Positions 10,925-19,419 of a DNA stretch of 64,000 nucleotides are shown here, in pieces; position 1 is the first letter of the stretch; each line of letters opens with the position of its first letter. The position numbers and the translations under genes were made by a program. The notes beneath the pieces were generated by a model. The model did no database searches. It saw only the letters and a list, made by a program, of their open reading frames with translations, and had not been told where the DNA came from. Source of the DNA: Wickerhamiella versatilis (lineage: Eukaryota); contig JAQOWU010000008.1 in NCBI GenBank assembly GCA_030867685.1, forward strand, positions 2,294,001 through 2,358,000, read 5' to 3'.

Positions 10925-12571
10925 TTAGGGTTCTAAATCTAGTGGAACAGAAGCTATGGGTGGTCTGACTTTCCAGGCTTTTAATGAATCGAGCAATGCA
11001 ATAAGCTCGACAGCATCTTTATCCTTGATATGTCCTAATTCACGGCCATTGAGATGAGGGAAAGTCTCACCACCTAATTTCGGAACCGAATAATAGTACT
11101 GAGTTAACCCCCTAAGAACTGTGACAATTTCGCTCGATACGCTAAGCCCACTTGCTAGTTTTGTAAAATATTCAGCTGCGAGCCCACGTAAGATCTGGCA
11201 GGCGGATGGATCGCTAAAATTTAGTGACCATTCAACCAATAGTCCTCGCAAGCTTCGGGCACAACTCACAATATCCCACTCGATATCATCAAGACCTTGC
11301 TGGGGATAGAATCCTCGGATGGCTCCAGATAAGACCCTTAGTTCTTCGGCCGTTTCAGCTTCCTGAAGCCAACATCTCAGCAACTTCTGAATATGTGCTT
11401 GCCACTCCTGAGACCACTCCCTTGCAGACGCGTGATCTACTATCTCCATTTGCTGGTCTAAGTGTGCCTCTTCGCGCATCAAACCCCAAAGCTTATCGTA
11501 TCTGCCCTCCAGATCATTGGTAACGACTTCGTCACAATCTGTCTTCGCTAGTAGTTTGAAGGCACCAGTACGAACCCCAGGATCGCTGATATTATGCAAA
11601 ATTTGCTCAACAGAGTCTAATAAAGCACCTGCTCCTGGGGGGGATATTTTTTGCAGAAGGTTTATTACCTCCATATTACCGGCGAGCAGAGCTCTCAACG
11701 ACGCAAACCAGGCCATCGGCCAAACTTTACCAAGTTTCCAACTAAGCTCAGTTTCACCAGAAATACATTCAGCTACCTTTTTCACATCGTAGCATGCACA
11801 TTGCCAAAGCAACTTCTCGGCGCAGAGTTCTTGTCTCTCGCCGCATGCAGTCAAGGCTGCATCATATGCAAGTGAAAGAGAAATGTCCACAAATCCAAGT
11901 TCGCTAGATTTTGTAAGAATCCTGAGTGCACATGTCTTAGCATCTGTGGTGTCATACCTTGCTAAAAATCCTACTGTCTCAACAATATCTTCTGCCAGCT
12001 TTTTATCAAGCCTATCCTCACAAACCTTTAGAGCTACCGCTCTGACAGACCCCCTAGAATCATTGGCCATCTTTCTTTTAAATAGGTCGACGGTAACAAA
12101 GCTTTCATCTTTTGCAGACATTTCTGCCAGTGACTGTATAGCAGCAAGACGACAGCTTGACGAAACATCGAAATCGGCGCAAGGTATTAGTATATCAATC
12201 AAATTGAGTATTTGATGTTTTATAATATCTTCATTTTCTGTATACTCGCCAAGGATCAGCTGATCGTGTAGTCCTATAATAATCGAGCCTACCGTCATTA
12301 TACATGCGCGACGTACATCGCGTATTCTCAAAATAGGTAATAATCTCCCCAATGACCTAGAAAAATCGTCACTTTCTTCATCATTCGAGACTCTGACTGT
12401 TGCAATAGAAATCTCTTTTGGTATGCTATATCGTAAAGACCATTCACCCATAATACGGTCATGCAATCCATCCGCGTCCAAAGTTCTTAAATCGTTATCA
12501 TTGAGAACTGGGCCTGACCGCCCATATTTCATTAATACTTTCGCCCAAAATTCTTCAAGAACAGTCCGCAT
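10925..12571 (-). CDS. Divergent, short Scc3/STAG (stromalin)-like HEAT protein
   Basis: IRDVRRAC, DVSSSCRLAAIQSLAEM and NDSRGSVRAVALK occur in the order of the STAG and stromalin-conserved-domain motifs; first ATG at 12571. Confidence 0.55.
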   Translation of the reverse strand: MRTVLEEFWAKVLMKYGRSGPVLNDNDLRTLDADGLHDRIMGEWSLRYSIPKEISIATVRVSNDEESDDFSRSLGRLLPILRIRDVRRACIMTVGSIIIGLHDQLILGEYTENEDIIKHQILNLIDILIPCADFDVSSSCRLAAIQSLAEMSAKDESFVTVDLFKRKMANDSRGSVRAVALKVCEDRLDKKLAEDIVETVGFLARYDTTDAKTCALRILTKSSELGFVDISLSLAYDAALTACGERQELCAEKLLWQCACYDVKKVAECISGETELSWKLGKVWPMAWFASLRALLAGNMEVINLLQKISPPGAGALLDSVEQILHNISDPGVRTGAFKLLAKTDCDEVVTNDLEGRYDKLWGLMREEAHLDQQMEIVDHASAREWSQEWQAHIQKLLRCWLQEAETAEELRVLSGAIRGFYPQQGLDDIEWDIVSCARSLRGLLVEWSLNFSDPSACQILRGLAAEYFTKLASGLSVSSEIVTVLRGLTQYYYSVPKLGGETFPHLNGRELGHIKDKDAVELIALLDSLKAWKVRPPIASVPLDLEP

Positions 12572-12596
12572 ATCCACCAATTGTATTACTCAGTGG

Positions 12597-13424
12597 TCAT
12601 TCAGCAGTACCACAAGAAACCCTAAGTTTCCTCCTGGCACGAGCTCTTTGATATACTTGACGCCATTCACGCTGAGGACTGAAGCGTGGAGTAAGATTAT
12701 GCCATATGGTAGTATCAGGAATGTATCCAATGCGCTCGAAATACAGATAATTGAACATGAAACCTTTATGTAGAAAAGGACCAACATCTTCTATCTCAAA
12801 ATGAATCTCTCTGGGCCCACCTGACACTTCAAGAGCCGACAATTGTAGCTCCACAGTTCTCGAGTTAGAAACTGAGCCGAACTTAGGAAATGGTGAGCCA
12901 ATTTGGCGGACGCCTTCTGCCGGTAAAACAGAAAATCGTACCGGAAGCAACTTAAATAGCGTGTCCATCGTCAAGTTTACACAAATACGATAAATACCAG
13001 GATTTAACTCTGTTGTATATCTTAAACGAAGATATACAACATTAGAAGCTACTAAACTCGATCCCCAGGGCAATCCTTCCACAAGTTGCCAAACATGTTG
13101 CCCAGTGCCAACATCAACATCATTCGCATGTCGTGTGACAAGATCACCCGGCTGCAAATTTACAATGCTTTCAGAGTCGAAGAACCAGAAATCAAACTTT
13201 GCCAGGAATAAGGCAATTCCCCACGAATCCATACCAAGAAGAGATCGGACGTCAGACATTAACAAATCAGCCTCTGGCAGCTGTACGAGTCCAATTAGCT
13301 CATGCCTAGCATTGAACTCTGAAATTTCATGAAACCTACGAGATAAAAGTCCAATCACTGGACATACCTTTACCAATTGAAGCAGCACTAGGTCGGGTAG
13401 GGACCCAAGCCCCATCTCGACCAT
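12597..13424 (-). CDS. F-box protein with a C-terminal beta-rich, PP2/Nictaba-like domain
   Basis: N-terminal LGSLPDLVLLQL...LSRRF F-box pattern; C-terminal VVYL...LNPGIY...EIHFEIED...KGF pattern. Confidence 0.55.
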   Translation of the reverse strand: MVEMGLGSLPDLVLLQLVKVCPVIGLLSRRFHEISEFNARHELIGLVQLPEADLLMSDVRSLLGMDSWGIALFLAKFDFWFFDSESIVNLQPGDLVTRHANDVDVGTGQHVWQLVEGLPWGSSLVASNVVYLRLRYTTELNPGIYRICVNLTMDTLFKLLPVRFSVLPAEGVRQIGSPFPKFGSVSNSRTVELQLSALEVSGGPREIHFEIEDVGPFLHKGFMFNYLYFERIGYIPDTTIWHNLTPRFSPQREWRQVYQRARARRKLRVSCGTAE

Positions 13425-13455
13425 GTGTGACTAATGATAGGTTGATGATGTAATG

Positions 13456-13486
13456 CTTCTAGATTGTTCGCCTACACATATATATA
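13456..13486 (+). promoter_or_regulatory. Heat-shock-element-like repeat and TATA box upstream of SBA1
   Basis: cTTCtaGAttgTTCg (13456-13470) and TATATATA (13479-13486), ending 37 nt before the ATG of an Hsp90 co-chaperone gene. Confidence 0.45.
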
Positions 13487-13522
13487 CATTGACGTAACCA
13501 CTTGTGGAGCTAGATAGTTAAA

Positions 13523-14095
13523 ATGACAGGTACAGTTTTCCCCGAAATCAGGTGGGCTCAGAGAAGCAGTTCGAGCTCACCTGAAAAGAACATCATCTAT
13601 CTTACGGTTTGTGTTCCAGACCTTAAAGACGAGAAGGTGGGCCTGACGCCTAAGTCTTTCTCCTTCGAAGCTTTCGATGGTACGAATAAATATGCAGTCC
13701 ATTTCGACTTCCACGATGAAATTGAACCGGAGAAGTCACTCTCAAGAAAGAGTGGTCAAGGTTATGTTTTCGTACTTCGCAAAAAGGACGCCAGGGACGA
13801 ATTCTGGCCACGATTGACCAAAGATACAGCTCGTAAGCCGTGGTTGAAGACCGACTTTAGCAAATGGGTTGATGAAGATGAGCAGGAGGAAGCTCCCAAC
13901 CCAGATACGTCTGGCATGGAAAACCTTGATCTTCAATCGTTGATGGCTGGTGCCGGCGCAGGCGCAGGCGCAGGTGCGGGTGGTGCCGGCGGCATAGACT
14001 TTTCGCAGCTAGCAGCTGGATTGAACCAAGGCTCTGCTGATGATGAAGAGGAAAATGACGAGACTTCTTCCAAAATAACTGAGGCTCAAGAGTAA
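13523..14095 (+). CDS. SBA1: Hsp90 co-chaperone p23
   Basis: WAQR, FWPRLTK, KTDFSKWVDEDE, Gly/Ala repeat and acidic tail. Confidence 0.95.
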   Translation: MTGTVFPEIRWAQRSSSSSPEKNIIYLTVCVPDLKDEKVGLTPKSFSFEAFDGTNKYAVHFDFHDEIEPEKSLSRKSGQGYVFVLRKKDARDEFWPRLTKDTARKPWLKTDFSKWVDEDEQEEAPNPDTSGMENLDLQSLMAGAGAGAGAGAGGAGGIDFSQLAAGLNQGSADDEEENDETSSKITEAQE

Positions 14096-14213
14096 GAGCA
14101 GGAAGAGCCCTGGATGGACGATTGTATATGTACCACCATCAACGTCAGTGTATAACCCTAATGCATACCGTCTAAATTTTGTCACTCTATGTGTCTGAGT
14201 GCGCCATTAAATA

Positions 14214-15233
14214 CTAAATAGCTATAGATAACGTTTCTGCGTTACCCCAGTCCTTCTGGGCATCGTCCTTCTGCGAGCCTGTATTTTCAGCGTCGCGGCG
14301 CATCTCAGAGAGATCCCATATATCATTTACGTCCTCTGGTTCATCCTTGGTGTATTTACCGGACATCATCAGTTGTCGACCTGAGAGAGGAACCTTCTTC
14401 TTCTCAGCTTCCTTCTCCTCTTTCTTGCGATTCTCCATCCTCTTTAACTTCCAACTCTTGAAAGTCTCTAATGTTACAGGAGTTTGGTGTTTTGGCAACT
14501 TATGACGTTCGCTTTCAATGAAGTCTTCGAGAGTCATCCTTGGTGCGTTTGCAAGAGCTTGTCGCTCGAGCCTCTGCTCTTCCTTTGTCTTCAACTTGAA
14601 CCCAGGCGGTAAACTATGCCGATATATGCATTGATCACCGCCATTTGGACAGATCCAAAACCAGCCATACTTCCCGTTTTCCACTGCGTCGATGAAATAT
14701 TTGCAAATTTTATCTGTAGTATTACGTGCCTTTCCGTGTTTTGTCAATATAACACGCTGAAGTTTTTCCACATCCCAATTGTCCATAGTATCACGTTCCT
14801 TGCTATCCCGATCGTCGGAGTACAAGTCCTTCTTCTCGCCCTTGCGCTCGACACCCAAGTCGTGTGAAAACTTGCATCTAGCTCCCTTGTTGCACAGACC
14901 TTGCTTGAAGAAAGCGCATACAACAGACTTAGGGTCAACTCCAAAAGGCACCTTCTGCTGGATTGAAGAGGAGAACAAAGCCCTAGCTTCCGCTTTAGCT
15001 GCTTCAGAAGCCTTCTTTTCCGCGTCCTTCTTGGCCTTCTCGGCCTCTTTACGCTTGGCTGCTGCAGAATTTGCTCCCGCCACTTGCGTTTCCACCTGGC
15101 TCACATATTTCTGCACTTTAGAGGACTTGTTCTTATTCTTCAGCCCAAAGGTTTTATCCTGAGCGGATTTTTCACGCTTAGCTACCTTGTTCTTGGCACT
15201 AGGCTGCTGCTGGCCTCCACCTTTTTTACCCAT
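14214..15233 (-). CDS. TMA46: Translation machinery-associated protein Tma46 (DFRP1/ZC3H15)
   Basis: DKTFGLKNKNKS, two CCCH zinc fingers, YGWFWICP. Confidence 0.95.
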   Translation of the reverse strand: MGKKGGGQQQPSAKNKVAKREKSAQDKTFGLKNKNKSSKVQKYVSQVETQVAGANSAAAKRKEAEKAKKDAEKKASEAAKAEARALFSSSIQQKVPFGVDPKSVVCAFFKQGLCNKGARCKFSHDLGVERKGEKKDLYSDDRDSKERDTMDNWDVEKLQRVILTKHGKARNTTDKICKYFIDAVENGKYGWFWICPNGGDQCIYRHSLPPGFKLKTKEEQRLERQALANAPRMTLEDFIESERHKLPKHQTPVTLETFKSWKLKRMENRKKEEKEAEKKKVPLSGRQLMMSGKYTKDEPEDVNDIWDLSEMRRDAENTGSQKDDAQKDWGNAETLSIAI

Positions 15234-15776
15234 TTCAACTTTTTTTCAGAGTATGTCGACGCCTGCTTAAGAGCTTAGGTCAGGCTTTTTCTGTTAATAA
15301 TAGATAAGTAAGTGATTTTCTGTTTTCAAAAAATTCAAACCAGTTACTGAGCTAAACATTGTATAGTGACTTTAATACCTTTTTGGTCTTTAGAATCATC
15401 TGGAAAGTAAGTCTTATTAGCTTCTGCCTTAATAGCTTCTTAGCTACTTATATAACACCAGGTTTCGAGACCAAAAAGATAGCACTAAGCACTTACCATA
15501 TATCTTTATGTACTAAAAAAACGAATAAATCAGTTCCTCATCAATAATTCATCTCAATTGTTGCCTCTAGCTGTTTAACGTGGATCCAACCCCGAAATGA
15601 GACTGACAACATGTCACAACGATCTCATATAAAGGAAGTATAATAATAGCGCCCTAACATATACTCTGGGTTGACTCCGATAACAGCTCAGACGACATTC
15701 CTTACCAAGAAATCGTGGAAGGTTCCTAAACTGCTTAAGCGATATTTCTTCACCACAAATTTATAATTCGTAATCC

Positions 15777-17291
15777 ATGCTCTCCCACCTCGCCACGCGT
15801 CAAGTGAGCCGAGTTGTTCGCTCACGTTGGCCAATTACAGTAAGTGGTGTAGTTGCGGCATTCATTGGTGGCTCTTATCTCTTTGGTGGTGCATCTAATG
15901 ATGCTTCAAAAAAGCAGTTCGTGACTTTAATGAACCCCGCACAGGTTACAGCGCGACTAACAGAAAATGAGGAGAGTCTACTGGTGGAAAGAGGCCATGG
16001 AGTTTTACGTTATGATGTTGCTCAACTGCCGTCAAATTTACCTATTGAGGATGACCACAGCGAGAGTATCGTGAATGTACCATTTGTGACTCCTCAAGAT
16101 AAGGAGTTTAATTCAGACTGGTACTTCTGGGGCGTGTATGATGGCCATGGAGGATGGAGTACGTCCTCAAGGTTGCGTGAGCAATTAATTGGATATGTAA
16201 CTCGGGAGCTTAACAAGGTATGTGAACCGGTGGTTCCTGGTTCACCGAGACGGTTGCCCCCGTCCCGACCGGAGGTAATTGACGAGGCCATAGTCAATGC
16301 TTTTCAACTTTTGGATAATGATATTGTTCATCGAAATATATCTACGCTATTTGCTAATCCCACCAAGAAGAATGCTATTGAAATTATACCTCCAGCCCTT
16401 AATGGTGCTTGTGCATTGCTGTCTTTTTACGATTCAGCCTCATCAGATTTACGCGTGGCCATTACTGGAGATTCCCGAGCAGTTCTAGGTAGCCGTGACA
16501 GTAACGGTAAGTGGACCGCACGGGCTCTAACTGTGGACCAGACAGGATCGAACCAGGAGGAAGTTGCACGAATAAGGTCTGAGCACCCTAAGGGTGAACA
16601 TGACTCGTGCATTAATCGAGGCCGTGTCCTAGGTATTTACGAGCCAAGCCGCTCTTTCGGTGATGGGATCACAAAGTGGCCTCGTGAAATACAACAGCAA
16701 CTCGCACAAAAATTCTTTGCGCGGCGAATTCCCTCCACGTTGAAAACACCGCCCTATATGACTGCTCGCCCAGAAATTACCAAGGTTCACATTGACCCAT
16801 CGCAGCCATCTTTCTTGGTAATGGCATCTGATGGAGTATTCGAGCTCTTATCAAATGACCAAGTCGTTTCTCTTGTAGTTGATTGGCTCGATCAAAAGCG
16901 ACCGGCTTCTCTTCATTCTTTGATAGAGAAACCACAAAATACAGGTTGGTTTTCGTTGTTCCAGAAATCATCTGAGCGCCAAATTGGAGAGCCCGTGGAA
17001 GATGTGACCAGCGGCAAATCCCAACAGAAACAGCCTATACGGGCCAGTGATGGTAAGATAAGGGTCACTGTACAAGATGAGAATGCGGGTACACATATCA
17101 TGCGAAATGCTCTTGGTGGTGCTGATCAAGAACAAGTTTCTATGTTGTTAAGTATTCCTTCACCCATGTCGCGTAGATATCGCGATGACTTGACTGTCAC
17201 TGTTGTATTCTTTGGAAACTCTGAAGATGTCACGGGAAAGGTTCGCATCAACAAGGACGGCACGCATATTTCTCAACGTCCAAAATTGTGA
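15777..17291 (+). CDS. PTC5: Mitochondrial PP2C / pyruvate dehydrogenase phosphatase Ptc5
   Basis: Presequence plus TM, SNLPIED, DGHGG, GDSRAVLG, MASDG, RDDLTV. Confidence 0.9.
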   Translation: MLSHLATRQVSRVVRSRWPITVSGVVAAFIGGSYLFGGASNDASKKQFVTLMNPAQVTARLTENEESLLVERGHGVLRYDVAQLPSNLPIEDDHSESIVNVPFVTPQDKEFNSDWYFWGVYDGHGGWSTSSRLREQLIGYVTRELNKVCEPVVPGSPRRLPPSRPEVIDEAIVNAFQLLDNDIVHRNISTLFANPTKKNAIEIIPPALNGACALLSFYDSASSDLRVAITGDSRAVLGSRDSNGKWTARALTVDQTGSNQEEVARIRSEHPKGEHDSCINRGRVLGIYEPSRSFGDGITKWPREIQQQLAQKFFARRIPSTLKTPPYMTARPEITKVHIDPSQPSFLVMASDGVFELLSNDQVVSLVVDWLDQKRPASLHSLIEKPQNTGWFSLFQKSSERQIGEPVEDVTSGKSQQKQPIRASDGKIRVTVQDENAGTHIMRNALGGADQEQVSMLLSIPSPMSRRYRDDLTVTVVFFGNSEDVTGKVRINKDGTHISQRPKL

Positions 17292-17388
17292 TAATTCTTA
17301 GATTTCCTGTAGTTTATAGATTAAGGATGATTTCATGCTTCCAGTGTGTGCTTTTCTATCGAAACCATCCGACTTTCCGAGAGTATAT

Positions 17389-17461
17389 GCCATTATAGCT
17401 TAGTTGGTAGAGCGTTGCACTCGTAATGCAGAGGTCTTCGGTTCGACTCCGAATGATGGCA
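17389..17461 (+). tRNA. tRNA-Thr (anticodon CGU), intronless
   Basis: Cloverleaf: acceptor GCCATTA/TGATGGC+A, D arm GCTT-AGTTGGTA-GAGC, anticodon arm TTGCA-CT CGT AA-TGCAG, T arm TTCGG-TTCGACT-CCGAA. Confidence 0.97.
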
Positions 17462-17470
17462 TGTGTCTAC

Positions 17471-17476
17471 TTTTTT
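17471..17476 (+). terminator. RNA polymerase III terminator (T6)
   Basis: TTTTTT 10 nt after the tRNA 3' end. Confidence 0.8.
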
Positions 17477-17527
17477 GCTATCTCGATCTTATCATGTATA
17501 AAAAGACAGAGCCTTTTGAAGTTTTTG

Positions 17528-18328
17528 TCAAGCTTCATGCTCCACCGAAATTGTATTATCGATATTATCCTCATTAACAGTGGCTCCATATGCTGGTGAT
17601 TGAAGGGGAGACATCGGTCTCAAGCCCTCAGGCTTTCCACGAGAGTTATAGTATATACCCATCAAAAAGAGTATAAAATTCAGCGTTGCAGCCATAAACA
17701 GTGATATCCACGTGGACCAATGGGAACCGTGACGAGTTGCAAGACTCAGGCACCATAGGTATCCGCCCGGCACCTGAATCAACATTGTAATTAAAGATAA
17801 TGATCCGGTGTGCTTCAAACAGTAGGTAGTCCATATCTGAGGGAGATACTGTATCAATCCGACTATCAATGCACCCATTCCAAAAATAGTGGCTAAACTT
17901 CGAGAACTCGCAAAGTACACCAAGAGCATTAATATCGAATCAAACAGGAGTACAGCCTTACCGACCAATAGAATCTTTGGGTTGCCTCCATTGAATTTCA
18001 TTGCCAATGCCAAGGTTAATAGTGGAGCTGCAAATCCGGCTGCAATTTGAAAGAGGCCCATTAGCGAACTAATGCAATAGAAAGGGGTCAATCTAGTTCT
18101 ACAGCATTCGAAAGCACCATTGCTCAATATAATTATATTTGTGAAAGAGAGAATAGATCCCATATTCATCAAGAGTAGAAAGTAGGGGCTTATCCCTTCA
18201 ATTGTCTTTCGCCGGATGATTATGACCTGCTGAGGAATATAGCTGGCAAATATTCCTATTGCAAAAATACCTGCGGTGCATGTGTTCAATACGGAAGTCC
18301 TTAAGTACTCCTCACAAGCCTGACCCAT
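17528..18328 (-). CDS. PQ-loop repeat membrane protein
   Basis: Two PQ motifs (SYIPQ, QYLPQ...GSLS) and about 7 hydrophobic helices. Confidence 0.85.
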   Translation of the reverse strand: MGQACEEYLRTSVLNTCTAGIFAIGIFASYIPQQVIIIRRKTIEGISPYFLLLMNMGSILSFTNIIILSNGAFECCRTRLTPFYCISSLMGLFQIAAGFAAPLLTLALAMKFNGGNPKILLVGKAVLLFDSILMLLVYFASSRSLATIFGMGALIVGLIQYLPQIWTTYCLKHTGSLSLITMLIQVPGGYLWCLSLATRHGSHWSTWISLFMAATLNFILFLMGIYYNSRGKPEGLRPMSPLQSPAYGATVNEDNIDNTISVEHEA

Positions 18329-18692
18329 GACGTCCAGTACCCACCCAGGACTTGCTGACTGGATAAGACCTCCAATGTTTTCTAGTACGAAAAACTAATA
18401 GTGGCCTTTAAAACACTGCGATATGGTGCTCGATTAAAATCTACATACATTATTGGTGCTCTGCGATGTCTGGATGCTGGTGATATCAGTATATCACGAC
18501 TACAGTAAATATAATATCATTTTTCGTCACGCTCGGTATTCTTAATATTATTTTTAAATGTTTAAAATTTAGCATTTCCCTGATTTGATGCTTAAGCCTG
18601 GTTTTGCATGAGCTTCTCCAACTATGGCGTAGTGTATTGTACCTCTAAATCTATCTACCTTCTGCTGACCAATAACATCTCTAGGGAAGCGA

Positions 18693-19067
18693 ATGCCGAC
18701 TTCACCAACAGCGTTCGCACAAACCACTCGAATTTCTACGAATCCCGCCGAGCTCAAGGCGCGAATACTAGCTTTGTATCGCCAGTTCATGCGTCGTGCT
18801 CCTAATTTCTCCGAGATGTACGATATAGATGCCCCGACCTCGGTTGTTCGAACGAAGTTGCGCCAGCAGTTTGAGCGCAATCGTTTCGTTAAGGACATCA
18901 ACGTACGAAATATCCTTTTGGCTCAAGGCCATATGGAATTCCAGGAGACAGTCAACTTCTGGAAGCAGGAGCCACACGTCCTAAAGTATTTCGATGATTA
19001 TAAGGCTACAAAGGTGGAAAAGAAGCCAGATAATTTTGTGCGGCGTTTCATCAAGGGGACTGCATAA
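18693..19067 (+). CDS. NDUFA6: Complex I accessory subunit NDUFA6 (B14/NB4M), LYR family
   Basis: LYRQFMR, FERNRFVKD, EFQETVNFWKQEPHVLKYF. Confidence 0.92.
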   Translation: MPTSPTAFAQTTRISTNPAELKARILALYRQFMRRAPNFSEMYDIDAPTSVVRTKLRQQFERNRFVKDINVRNILLAQGHMEFQETVNFWKQEPHVLKYFDDYKATKVEKKPDNFVRRFIKGTA

Positions 19068-19419
19068 ATACTGTTGGCAGGACCCACTGGTGAAGCCCCT
19101 ATCCTCGATGGAGTTGAAATTAGAGAACTAGTTTAAAACTTAGCGTGAGTCATGTTATATTATGGTCCCTTGGAGCGGTAAAACACTTCTAGGAAATCAT
19201 AACAATTATTATTTGTTTTCCTCAGACTGTTCACGCCTTTTGCATGCGTATGCATACACACCTATGCCAAAAAGCTAAATTCATCTATGCTTGCGAAGAA
19301 CGCTCTTGTAGAGTTATCAGCAGGGGGATCGAGCAACTTTCAAACAACGTCAGAAAGAATAATTATTAAATTATGCCATTAAAAGCTTTTCACTTCGACT
19401 AAGGAGAGTTATGCAGATA

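Noticed and set aside
13428..13434. TGACTAA Yap-like sites near the F-box, SNC1 and ARP4 starts
   Set aside because: Short motif with no functional coherence among the genes; cannot be separated from chance
13945..13993. GGCGCA repeat in SBA1, also the HSP60 GGM tail and TA microsatellites near 2712 and 25845
   Set aside because: Ordinary low-complexity coding tails or poly(A) efficiency elements; not CRISPR or satellite arrays
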